64,000 nucleotides of DNA from Octopus sinensis. Lineage: Eukaryota. A program made the translations under genes and the position numbers. Within the stretch, counting starts at the first letter, position 1, and every line of letters begins with the position of its first letter. The notes under the pieces are model-generated. The model was not told where the DNA came from. It made no database searches and saw only the letters and a list, made by a program, of their open reading frames with translations. Positions 51,258 through 61,629 of the stretch are shown here, one piece after another. Where the stretch lies: NCBI RefSeq assembly GCF_006345805.1, contig NC_043002.1, forward strand, positions 69,812,001 through 69,876,000, written 5' to 3'.

Positions 51258-53094
51258 TTATGAATACAAAATCGCGGCAAATGCCAGTAGCAATCCAAAA
51301 ACCTTCTTTGCCCATGTCCAGCGGAATTCCCGCTTGAACAACCAGATTGCAACGTTGGTAGACTCAACAGGCGTATCAATTGAGGACCCTTATCAACAGA
51401 GTCAGTTATTTGCCGAGGCTTTTTCAACTATTTTCAAACAAGATGATGGTCGTGAACCCCCTCCATTTGTTAGATCGGTACCTCCAATGCTTCGATTGGT
51501 CATCACGCGGGACGAAGTCAAACGTGTTATTCAAGGCCTCGATGTCAACAAGGGTCACGGCCCTGACGGCATACACCCACGGTTATCAAAGCGTTGGCTC
51601 CGGTCATCTGCGAGCCCTTAACACGACTTTTCAATATGTCATTGGCGACGGGTGTTATACCTGCAGACTGGAGAACAGCGATAATCTGCCCAATTTTCAA
51701 GAAAGGGAGCCGCGAAGACCCGCTTAACTACCGACCGGTTTCCCTTACATCAATAATCAGCAAGATGTTCGAAACCATCCTTAAGAAAAGTATGATGCTC
51801 CACCTCCTAAACACAGCCTCTATCTCTGATTCCCAACACGGCTTCGTGCCGAAGAGATCATGCTTGACCAACTTACTAGTAATGGAAGAATTGGTGACGC
51901 GCATCCTCGATGATAGTGATGCTGTTGACATCGTTTTATTGGACTTTGCCAAAGCTTTTGACTTGGTAAACCACCGCCTATTACTTGTCAAGCTTCAAAC
52001 ATATAGTTTCCATCCGGATATTGTACGATGGGTTGGTGTCTTCCTCTCAGATCGCTCCTTCCAAGTCCAAGTTAATGGTTCGCGGTCCGACGTCTCCAGT
52101 GCGAGCAGTGGCGTGCCTCAAGGTTCAGTGCTCGGGCCCTTGTTGTTCTTAGTCTTCATAAATGACTTGCCCGACGACCTCACGCAACACACACTTCTAT
52201 TTGCCGACGATATCAAACTGGTCGCTCCTCGCGGTAATATAGAGGATCTTCGTCGATGCCTCCACCAAATTTGGAAGTGGTCTAACGATTGGGACCTGTG
52301 TCTGAACGTGTCAAAGTGCTGTCATCTGCCTGTCGGCTCTACTCCTGCAACTCAACTTGATTTCGAGCCGGGTCGTCTGCTGCTGGAGAGGACCGATCAG
52401 GTAAAGGACCTGGGTATCTTGGTGGATTCCTCCTTTTCGCCTTCAGCCCAGTGCGTCCATGCTGCCAACAAAGCACGCGGAATTCTGTTCTTGATTCGAC
52501 GGTCATTCGGAATGCTCACAGCAGCCATATTCCTACCACTCTATGTCACACTGGTGAGACCCATATTGGAGTATGGGATTCAAGCCTCTTCTCCTTATCT
52601 CCTCAAAGACATACAGCATCTCGAAAGAGTCCAGAAGCTGGCTACCCGCATGGTTCATGGTCTCAAAAATTTGTCCTACGAAGAAAGGCTGAGGACGCTC
52701 GACCTTTATTCTCTTGAAAAACGCCGCCGCCGTGGTGATCTCATTCTCGCCCACAACATCATAAGCGGAAAGTGTAACCTCTCGAAAGAGCTGTTCTTCA
52801 CTCCTGCTCCAGAGCGTCGGCTGCGGGGTCATTCCGAAAAGCTCTACCTGCGACGATTTCATCTCAATCGAAGGAGAGGAGCTTTCTCCGTCCGGGTTGC
52901 GGATCCGTGGAACAAGCTGCCAGACGAGATGGTGAAGATGCCGACGACCGCTTTGTTCAAAGCCTCCCTGGACCTCAAGTGGCCTGAACTCTTTACATGA
53001 ACACCACCCTGTACTTAACTCCATGTCCCCCTACATGGCCTTGCTATTTGCTTTTGAGCCAAATTAACTAACTAACTAACTAACTAAATAACTA
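51258..53094 (+). mobile_element. 5'-truncated CR1/L2-group LINE, young, inserted in the (CA)n of a tRNA spacer unit
   Basis: RT ORF, (TAAC)n tail, candidate TSD ACACACAG at 51250-51257 and 53095-53102. Removing it restores similarity to the 49590-50530 unit. Confidence 0.9.
51594..53000 (+). CDS. Reverse transcriptase of a CR1-type LINE (N-terminally incomplete)
   Basis: 468 open codons: NYRPVSLTS, QHGF..RSCLTNL, LDFAKAFD.V.H, GVPQGSVLGPLLF, LFADD, LERVQKLATRMV. One frameshift at ~51590 to the upstream NPKTFFAHV/GPDGIHP frame. Confidence 0.92.
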   Translation: MAPVICEPLTRLFNMSLATGVIPADWRTAIICPIFKKGSREDPLNYRPVSLTSIISKMFETILKKSMMLHLLNTASISDSQHGFVPKRSCLTNLLVMEELVTRILDDSDAVDIVLLDFAKAFDLVNHRLLLVKLQTYSFHPDIVRWVGVFLSDRSFQVQVNGSRSDVSSASSGVPQGSVLGPLLFLVFINDLPDDLTQHTLLFADDIKLVAPRGNIEDLRRCLHQIWKWSNDWDLCLNVSKCCHLPVGSTPATQLDFEPGRLLLERTDQVKDLGILVDSSFSPSAQCVHAANKARGILFLIRRSFGMLTAAIFLPLYVTLVRPILEYGIQASSPYLLKDIQHLERVQKLATRMVHGLKNLSYEERLRTLDLYSLEKRRRRGDLILAHNIISGKCNLSKELFFTPAPERRLRGHSEKLYLRRFHLNRRRGAFSVRVADPWNKLPDEMVKMPTTALFKASLDLKWPELFT

Positions 53095-53562
53095 ACACAC
53101 AGACGCACTCACATATATATAATGAGCGAGAGAGAGTGTGTGGGGGAGATAAAGAAAGAGCGAGAGAGAAAGAGAGAGTGAATGAAAGAATTATAGATAG
53201 GATGTATGTTGTACTGTATTGTCAGTAAATAGATACAGATCGAAAATATTGATCTAAGAGCAATAGCCCCCGTCAGGTGTCACTTCACCTATTTTCTTAA
53301 TCTTGTTGTTAGTTGGAGATTTTTGGGCTCTACTACATTCTACGAAACTGTTAAATATGGGTGCAAATCGATAGATCCTGTATCAGGTTTGTTTTATTTT
53401 ACCAATTCCCTGAGGATGAAGTGTACAGTTCACCTTGGTGAGAAGTGAATCTTTGAACATTAAGATTGAATTTCTTAAAGATCTTCAGTTGTTTCATATC
53501 ACTTGAAATTAACTTCATTCTTCGAAAAGTTTAAAAAAAAAGAAACGAATTTGAAATAGATG

Positions 53563-53634
53563 TGACCCCGACGTGATTCGAACACGTAGCCTTCTGATCT
53601 GGAGTCAGACGCGCTACCGTTGCGCCACAGGGCC
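53563..53634 (-). tRNA. trnW: tRNA-Trp(CCA) copy 6 (A49-U65)
   Basis: 72-nt cloverleaf with G49.U65 converted to A-U. T9 terminator at 53533-53541. Confidence 0.94.
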
Positions 53635-53993
53635 ATATGATTCTAAGACGGCGAAGAACAGTCTTTTACCATTGCTATTTGATTACGTAATTACAAGATA
53701 TTGGTTTCACATATTGTCTACTGTCTCGATTAGCAATCACTTGTTTTGTGAAGTAAATATCTCAAGGCATTTAGTGATTGCAAATTATTGGGGTCTAAAA
53801 ACACTTTTTCTCGCTAAATTTAATGATGAAAAAAAAAAAAAGGCCCTAATGATCCTGAAAATTATTCGAAGGCATAGCCTTCTGAAATGGAAGTCATTTG
53901 CGTTACTGCTCTGCCACAGCGTACGACTATTCATTCATACAATAAACTTTTGAATTATAGCTTCTTGTTAGCTAATTGTAAGTCTCACTGTTT

Positions 53994-54300
53994 CATCATC
54001 ATCATCATCATTGTTCGACCGTGGTCGAGACAATGGAATTTACTATGTTACGCCAGACTTCACGGTCCATCATAGCATTATGTAGGTCCTGTTGCTGGAT
54101 GCCTGTATCCCTGGAGATTACATCAGGATAGGAGAGTGTGCGCCCTCTGGTATTGCGAGTAGATGGTTTCCAGAGGAGAAGAGTAGAAATTACATCTTTT
54201 TCAGCTCTACAACAATGTCCAGCAAACTGGACTCTCCTACCTTTCACAAGAGATGACACAGGTGGTAGTTTCCCATATATTTGCATTTTGGTTGGATCAT
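53994..54300 (-). mobile_element. RTE-clade LINE 3' end
   Basis: QIYGKLPPVSSLVKGRRVQFAGHCCR...DREVWRNIV* followed by a (TGA)n tail. Confidence 0.8.
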
Positions 54301-54565
54301 TTTGTGATCATACAAAACGCAGGAGAATTGAACAGCAATGAATGAAAATAGCAACTAAATTGTAACTTGATAGAAGCCAAAGGGGAACTTCCTATTTCGT
54401 TCTTGTTGTATCTCGGTAGGGACATTATGCTAATAATAAAGACACACACAACTTCTAATTCACATCTGTATCCTTCCTCCAGACCTCTAGTCACCAGGCG
54501 ATCGTGGCGGAGATGAAAGTAACTGTGGATGATTAACTAAATGACTGGTGAAACCATCAATTAGT

Positions 54566-54729
54566 AGTGGCTGTGTGGTTAGTAGCTTGCTTACCAACCA
54601 CATGGTTCCAGGTTCAGGCCCACTGCGTGGTACCTTGAGCAAGTGTCTTCTGCTATAGCCTCGAGCCGACCAAAGCCTTGTGAGTGGATTTGGTAGACGG
54701 AAACTGAAAAGAAGCCTGTCGTATATATG

Positions 54730-54768
<39 letters not shown>

Positions 54769-54975
54769 TTGTGTGTCCGTGTTTGTTCCCCCAACATCGC
54801 TTGACAACCGATGCTGGTGTGTTTACGTACCCGTAACTTAGCAGTTCGGCAAAAGTGACCAATAGAATAAGTACTAGGCTTCCAGAGAATAAATCCTGGG
54901 GTCGAATTGCTCGACTAAAGGCGGTGCTCCAGCGTGGCCGCAGTCAAATGACTGAAACAAGTAAAAGTAAAAGAG
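54566..54975 (+). mobile_element. SINE family A inserted in a segment paralogous to 47350-47640
   Basis: Family A motifs. The flanks rejoin to match the empty paralog. Confidence 0.85.
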
Positions 54976-55454
54976 AAACATTTGATTAATGAAATTGACG
55001 AATAAGAAAGAATTGAAATCGAGCCATTGCGTGTGTTAATTATTTGCCTAATGACCGGCCCTCACTGATATACAAAAGGAAAATAAAATATGGCCACGTG
55101 GCTATATGGTTGCAAGCTGCTAAGAATAGTCTTTTGCTTTTGCTATTAGATTATGTAATCATAAGTTAATATATTGGTTTCACATGTTTTCTGCTGTCTC
55201 GATCAGCATTCACGGTATTTTGTTCGATATTCTAAAGAATCCTGCAATTCATCAACAACAACATCTTGACATTCTGTGTCCGATTGTTATTAAAATCAAC
55301 AGGAATCATTTATGTTATGTGTCTTTTCAAATTTCAATCAACATATAAATTCTAGATGACTTGGGTCCTAAAAGTGTATTTATATCGGTAAACTAATTTC
55401 TAAAAAATGTCCATTTGAACCCCAACTTGAATCGATCATGAAACTTTCTAATCT

Positions 55455-56088
55455 AGAGCAATTCGATCCCAGGACTTATTCTTTGTAAGCTTAGTACTTA
55501 TAATAGATCGGTTTCTTATACCGAACCACTAAGTTACAGGGACGTAAACACACCAGCATCGGTTTTGAAGCGATGTTAGGGGGACAAACACAGGCACATA
55601 AACATATACACACATACTTACATATATATATATAAAATTTAATCCAAACAAGAAAACACAGAAAAAAAACAGAAAAAAACACAGCAACGCGAGGACGTGG
55701 AACAATTAAAGTATTATTTGACGCTCAGGAAAGAAGGGAAGGAGGGTTTAACGTTTCGAGCGGAGCTCTTCGTCGGAAACAAAGGAGAAGGAAAGATCCC
55801 GAGAAGGGAAGACAGAGGAAAAAAATATTTTTGCTGGTGGTGCTCAAGAGATCACATGTTGAAAATATATATACATATACATATAAGTATATATACATAT
55901 ACAAGTATATATACATATACAAGTATATATACATATACAAGACGGGCTTCTTTCAGTTTCCGTCTGCCAAATCCACTCACAAGGTTTTGGTTGGCCCGAG
56001 GCTATAGTAGAAGACACTTGCCCAAGGTGTCTCGCAGTGGGAATGAACCCGGAACCCTGCGGTTCGTAAGCAAGCTACTTACCACACA
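55455..56088 (-). mobile_element. SINE family A carrying a family E element in its internal microsatellite
   Basis: SINE tail and body 55455-55630, E element 55639-55863, SINE body and head 55920-56088. Confidence 0.8.
55746..55780 (-). ncRNA. Minimal hammerhead motif, identical to 33942-33976
   Basis: Reverse complement GTTTCCGACGAAGAGCTCCGCTCGAAACGTTAAAC. Confidence 0.55.
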
Positions 56089-56556
56089 CCGACTTAGCCA
56101 ATCGGCCACCTTGTGGTATTTTACCTCACAGTCGACCCTAACAAAAGAAATTCTAGCTGTGACTACCCCCGTCTTAAGGTGTGTACAATTCTGAAGAACG
56201 TTGGTAAAGCATCTGACTCCAGTTGAGAAGTTTACGCGTTCGAAATATGTCGAGATCACAAGCAGTTGTTCATTGTATTTTTCTTTTTGTTTTTATGCAT
56301 TATATTTATCAGCAAGCGTACTTTTAGAACCCAACTGATATGGATTTTATGTGTAGATTAAAAGATTAAAAAGTCGTCATAAATAAAATAATTGATCTTA
56401 ATAAATTTCGTAAACATAATTTCAGATATTTGTCAGAACCACGTAGTAAATACAATAAAAAATCAAGTGACTGTTGAATCGAAACAGAAAACATGTCAAG
56501 TAAATATATAAATATAGCAAGAGGAAAAGACTATTGTTTGACGAATTGCTTCATAT

Positions 56557-56628
56557 GGCCCTGTGGCGCAACGGTAGCGCGTCTGACTCCAGATCAGAAG
56601 GCTACGTGTTCGAATCACGTCGGGGTCA
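56557..56628 (+). tRNA. trnW: tRNA-Trp(CCA) copy 7 (identical to copy 6, inverted)
   Basis: 72-nt cloverleaf. T25 run at 56640-56664. Confidence 0.95.
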
Positions 56629-57068
56629 TTAGAGAACTATTTTTTTTTTTTTTTTTTTTTTTTTGGTTAAAAACATTTTCTTTTTAATGCTACATAGTTT
56701 GTAACTCTTCAACGTTATGAAAAACAGTTATATAGAAGTTGGAAAGAAAGCAGAGAAGATGAAAAGAAATGGCTTGGTCGAAAGAATCGACCCGGTGCTT
56801 CATTTTAAATCCATTACTCATCCTATTGGCATGCTTTTACCAAACAGCAAAATGAGGGAGATGCAAACAAACCAACACCAGTTGTCAAGCCGACAAAATA
56901 CCGTCAAACATTTGCTTTACAAAACAAATGACAGTTGATCAAGACGAGAAATATCTGAAATATATGAACTTATAATTACATTTATTAATCCTTAAATCCT
57001 TAAAAATGTTCTAGCCCGAAGGCCGCGGCCATGCTGGGGCACTAAGATTTAGAGCTTCATTTCTATGT

Positions 57069-57134
57069 GGCCCTGTGGCACAACGGTAGCGCGTCTGACT
57101 CCAGATCAGAAGTCTGCGTGTTCGAAACACGTCA
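57069..57134 (+). pseudogene. tRNA-Trp pseudogene copy 8
   Basis: TCGGGG deleted from the 3' acceptor strand (flank comparison with copy 11), A12.C23 mismatch, T-loop TTCGAAA. Confidence 0.88.
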
Positions 57135-57289
57135 AACCATCCTGGGGTTTTATTCTATTTATTTAATCTTTTTGCAGTCTCTTTTTTATTATGATATTCT
57201 TATAACGTTTCAATATAATGAAATAGGGTTACAGGTCAATAAGAAATTTATTTCAATGTAAGTTGGAAATAAAGCAATGAACACAGAAA

Positions 57290-57620
57290 GAAACGCTCCA
57301 CCAATCCGTAGCAATGTGCTGTGGTTACCATCCTCAGCTACCTTACCCATAGGGTCTGGTCAGAAGCAACCGTCACTAGACATCTCCACCGGATTTAGAA
57401 ACGTGAACTACAGGCCATCTCGTTCTTGCTCTCGCCCTACGTCTCCAGCCGGTTGTCCCGGTTTCAAGAGGCCGTCTTGCGATTCTTTTCTGCAATATTT
57501 TACTCATATGCCTGTAGTACCAGAGTTGTGACCTTTTAAGGCAGAGAAGTGGTGGTCCGCGGTCTGTTGAGCCTGCCTAATCTCCGAGCTATATACCCTG
57601 TTGAATAACGTTATTCTAGA
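57290..57620 (-). pseudogene. RTE 3' fragment, inverted paralog of 62330-62660
   Basis: Reverse complement aligns with CTAGAATAACGTTA...CGCGGACCAC...GGTAGCTGAGGA. Confidence 0.7.
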
Positions 57621-58080
57621 GGTGGGATGTCCAACCTTCTTTCCTATTGGGCCAAATTATAAATCTAAGTATATTCACCGGACCACAAATGTACTTGGAT
57701 ATAAACTTTTAAAAAGTTCAAAATATAGTGAATAAATTTTTTTAATAACAAATATAAATACAAATTAATGAAATTACACTCACACAAAATAAAATTAATG
57801 TGAGCTTTGGCATTGCTTCCCTTTTATGATATTCTCAGTATTTGCTTTTATGGTCTATACTTCACTCAAGGAATGTTAGATAAATGGCAATCATTCAGCC
57901 TATTTCTTTCAGTAGTTTTGATGTTTTTCATGCATCACCGATAGTTGTTGGCAAACAACGGCAGTAATTTTATTCAGCTGAATACACGTCATTGATTGGT
58001 TGAAATTATCGAAATACGACAACTTTAACAAAAAAATAACTTCTCAAAATACAGAATTTTCCAAACAATACTAAGATAGT

Positions 58081-59257
58081 GGCGGCCCTGTCAGGCTCTT
58101 AAACGTAAAAATGATGCCTGCGGTCGATTGGGTCGGGTCAAAAGCAATTTTGACCCTATGGGCCCAATCGGCTGAAGATCTGGTTTTACCAGATTTTTTA
58201 ACAATGGCCGGTTCCAGGTAACAGGGGATGGTTGAGGGACGCACCCCTAAGTGTCACCTGTGTCTGGAATCGGACCACGCAAGGAAGAACTGTCGCCGGG
58301 ACCAGGCAAAGGTCCTGGAATAGTTAATTGATAAAGAACTCCCTGTTCCCCCAACGGAGCACCCTGCTCCTTCATTGGGGAGAGAGAGGGAGAAAGTCGA
58401 GGAGGAGGTAACCCCCTCGAAAAAAGGAACAAAAAGAAAGAAGGTGGGTAACAATGGTTGCCCATCGATGGCTCCCGAGGCGGCGGGAGGGAAGGAGGGA
58501 TCAACGGACAAGCTGGGGGAACTTCAACCTCCCGCCGTGAAAAAGGGTGGAAAAAGAAGAAAAAAAGAAAAACAGGGCATCGCCGGCGGCGACATGCCCC
58601 GAAACCCCTTTGGTGAGATTGCCATCGGAGGGAAAGAAGATGGAAACCTCGTCGGTACGATGTGTGCCACCGAGCGAGGGAGTGGAGGCCCCCTCCTGAT
58701 GTAAGTGTGGAAAGATATGTGTTCTTCTATCGCAGTGGAGGGGCCATTGATAATTATGTGGAAAATGTCCTTCAGAGTCGGGAATTAATGGAACCGACTT
58801 TTATTGACAGACCAGAGTGGCCTCCGCAGGTGGTTGCTCTGATACTGGAAAAAAAAGATTTATTTCACACATCAGGCTCCTTCCCAAGGGAGGATTATAG
58901 ATTACTTTCTTGGTACTCCGACTTGCGGATGCAGGGATGCCTGCAGGTCACAAGAGAATTAATCGGGGACTTGAGGTAAGAGGTTCATCGCCTCAATATG
59001 TGTCGTATTATGTTTTAAATTGTAATGGACTTCTTAGTCCAAAAAATTGTAAAATATTGTAAATTGTAACAGGGTTTTTACCTCAAGATGTGCCTTTTTA
59101 AAAGAACAATGTTATGGAGCAGCAGAAGGTCAGCAGGCTCTTTCTGTCTTCTCTCATCCTAATCATCTTTTTTATTATTATCATTCGCCTCATCAATGTC
59201 TTGTCCAGCCCGCAAAGCTACCTATTTTTGTACTGCCTCTATGTCAAATGAAATAAA
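58081..59257 (+). mobile_element. Tx1-related ORF1-only relic, 5'-truncated, ending in AATAAA
   Basis: DWVG...LPDFL..MVEGRTPKCHLCLESDHARKNC aligns with Tx1-A ORF1. Stops at 58219 and 58321, ORF end TAA at 58977-58979, ~275-nt T-rich UTR, AATAAA at 59252-59257, no ORF2. Confidence 0.75.
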
Positions 59258-59258
59258 G

Positions 59259-59396
59259 TAGCTTGCTTACGAACCACATGGTTCCGGGTTCAGTCCCACT
59301 GTGTGGCATCCTGGGCAAGTGTCTTCTACTATAGCCTCGGGCCGACCAAAGCCTTGTGAGTGGATTTGGTAGGCGGAAACTGAAATAAGACCGTCG

Positions 59397-59462
<66 letters not shown>

Positions 59463-59698
59463 GTATGTGTGTGTATTTGTTTGTGTGTCTGTGTTTGTCC
59501 CCCCCCCCAACATCACTTGACAACCGATGCTGGTGTGTTTACGTCCCCGTAACTTAGCGGATCGGCAAAAAAGACCGATAGAATAAGTACTAGGCTTACA
59601 AAGAATAAGTCCTGGGGTCGATCTGCTCGACTAAAGGCGGTGCTCCAGCGTGGCCACAGTCAAATGACTGAAACAAGTAAAAGAGTAAAAAAAGTAAT
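59259..59698 (+). mobile_element. SINE family A, head truncated
   Basis: Begins TAGCTTGCTTACGAACCAC. Complete body and tail. Confidence 0.85.
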
Positions 59699-59850
59699 AA
59701 AAGCAGTAAGACTTGGATGTTGCTCCAAACCTTAGTCTTTCGGTTTATGAAATTATTTGTCAATCTAATTATAAGTTCACATAGTTGACATATTTCTCAT
59801 CTCGATCGACTTTCATTTGTTTTGTAAAGGTGACGTTGTAGTGTTCACTT

Positions 59851-60189
59851 TGTGAAGGCGCATTGCTCAGTAGTTAGAGCGTCGAGCTTACGATCGTGAA
59901 GATGTGAGTTTGAATCCCGGACTGGGCTGCGTGTTGTGTTCTTGAGCAAGACACTTTATTTCAAGTTGCTCCAGTTAACTCAGCTGTAGAAATGAGTTGC
60001 GACGTTACAGGTGCCAAGCTGTATCGGCCTTTGCCTTTCCCTTGGATAACACTGGTGGCATGGAGAGGGGAGGCCAGTATGCATGGGCGACTGCTGGCCT
60101 TCGATAAACAACCTTGCTCGGACTTGTGTCTCGGAGGGTAACTTTCTAGGTGCAATCCCATGGTCAGTAATGACCAAAGGGGGTCTCAG
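59851..60189 (+). mobile_element. SINE family C with 11-bp TSD
   Basis: tRNA-like head (TTGCTCAGTAG, GTTTGAATCCC). TSD AGTGTTCACTT at 59840-59850 and 60190-60200. Confidence 0.85.
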
Positions 60190-60501
60190 AGTGTTCACTT
60201 GACAACGGTGTTGGTTTGTTTAAGTCTCCGTTACTTTGCGGTTCGGTATAAGAAACCGATGAAATGAGTAATGGACTTCAAATAAAGTACCGGGTGGATT
60301 CAAATGACGAAACCATTCAGCCTAGCCGCATTCCAGTGACAGAAACAAGGTGTGCTTGTGTAGGTGTGCGTATTTGGATTTAAGTATTTCTTTTTGTCTT
60401 CTCTCCTTTTTTTTCAATTACTATTTAACTGTATTTCATAAGGTTGAAGATTTATAAACTATACAAGGCTTGAAAAAAAAAAAAAAAGAAAAAGTTTCTC
60501 T

Positions 60502-60551
60502 TGACCCCGTCGTGATTCGAACACGTAGCCGTCTGATCTGAAATCAGGCAC
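60502..60551 (-). pseudogene. tRNA-Trp pseudogene copy 9, 5' 22 nt deleted, anticodon loop reads TT-TCA-GA
   Basis: Minus strand GTGCCTGATTTCAGATCAGACGGCTACGTGTTCGAATCACGACGGGGTCA, joined directly to the class II upstream flank. Confidence 0.88.
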
Positions 60552-60985
60552 GTATGAAGCGAGTCTTCAAACAATAGTCTTTTCCTATTGCTATATTTGT
60601 ATATTTATTTGATATATTTTCTTTCTCGACCCAGCATTCTCTACGTTGTTCTGAAGAATAATTGAAATTGTGTTTTCAAAATTTATTAGGATCAATTATT
60701 TTATTTATGATAGGACATTTTAAATGAAATACTGACTTTTTTCTTTCTTTGTAGATTCGGAATCTCCGCAGTCGAAAAAGTGGGTTTCTTTAAAAAAAAA
60801 AAAAAAAAAGATAGCGAAGGTGGGATCGGCTGGGTTTTCAAACTATGCTTATTTGATAAATACAATCTTTAAAAAAAAAAGTATAAGAAAAGTATAAGAA
60901 GACGCTTATGATGCCGACTTGACAAGAACACGTAAACTTCTCAACGGAAGTCAGTCAGACACCTTGCCATTATTCATAAGTGTTT

Positions 60986-61352
60986 AAGGCGGCGAGCTGG
61001 CAGAAACGTTAGCACGCCGGGCGAAATGCTTTCCGGTATTTCATCTGCCGCTACGTTCTGAGTTCAAATTCCGCAGAGGTCGACTTTGCCTTTCATCCTT
61101 TCGGGGTCAATCAACTTAATCCGTTTGTCTGTCCTTGTTTGTCCTCTCTGTGTTTAGCCCCTTGTGGGTTGTAAAGAAATAGGTATTTCGTCTGCCTTTA
61201 CGTTCTGAGTTCAAATTCTGCCGAGGTCGACTTTGCTTTTCATCCTTTCGGGGTCGAGAAATTAAGTACCAGTTGTATACTGGAGTCGATCTAATCGATT
61301 GGTCCCCTCCCCCAAAATTTCGGACCTTGTGCCTAGAAAAGAAAAGATTATT
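60986..61352 (+). mobile_element. Dimeric SINE B
   Basis: Junction AAAGAAATAG|GTATTTCGTC at ~61182. Terminal tail CCCCAAAATTTCGGACCTTGTGCCTAG. Confidence 0.88.
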
Positions 61353-61629
61353 CCTAAGTGTTCGACGGAGACCGCGAGTCTCGTAATAAACTATATTAAA
61401 TTCAGACTTGTTAATTAAAACTAATTTTAAATTTCACCATTTAATTGTATATGTTGCATCATATTTTGGTGATCATAGAAGAAGGATACAATGTTTCACA
61501 ATATTCATTCTAGATTTCTGTGTACTGATTTCAAATCCAGCCGCGATCGACTTTGCCTTTCAGCCGTTCGGGATCGATTTTTTCAGTAAGAAATCGGCTG
61601 TGGAGGTCATTTCTAGAGAGGAATAGGCC

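Noticed and set aside
60502-60551. tRNA-Sec call for the UCA-anticodon copy
   Set aside because: It has a short variable loop, a Trp-derived sequence and flanks, and its 5' third is missing.
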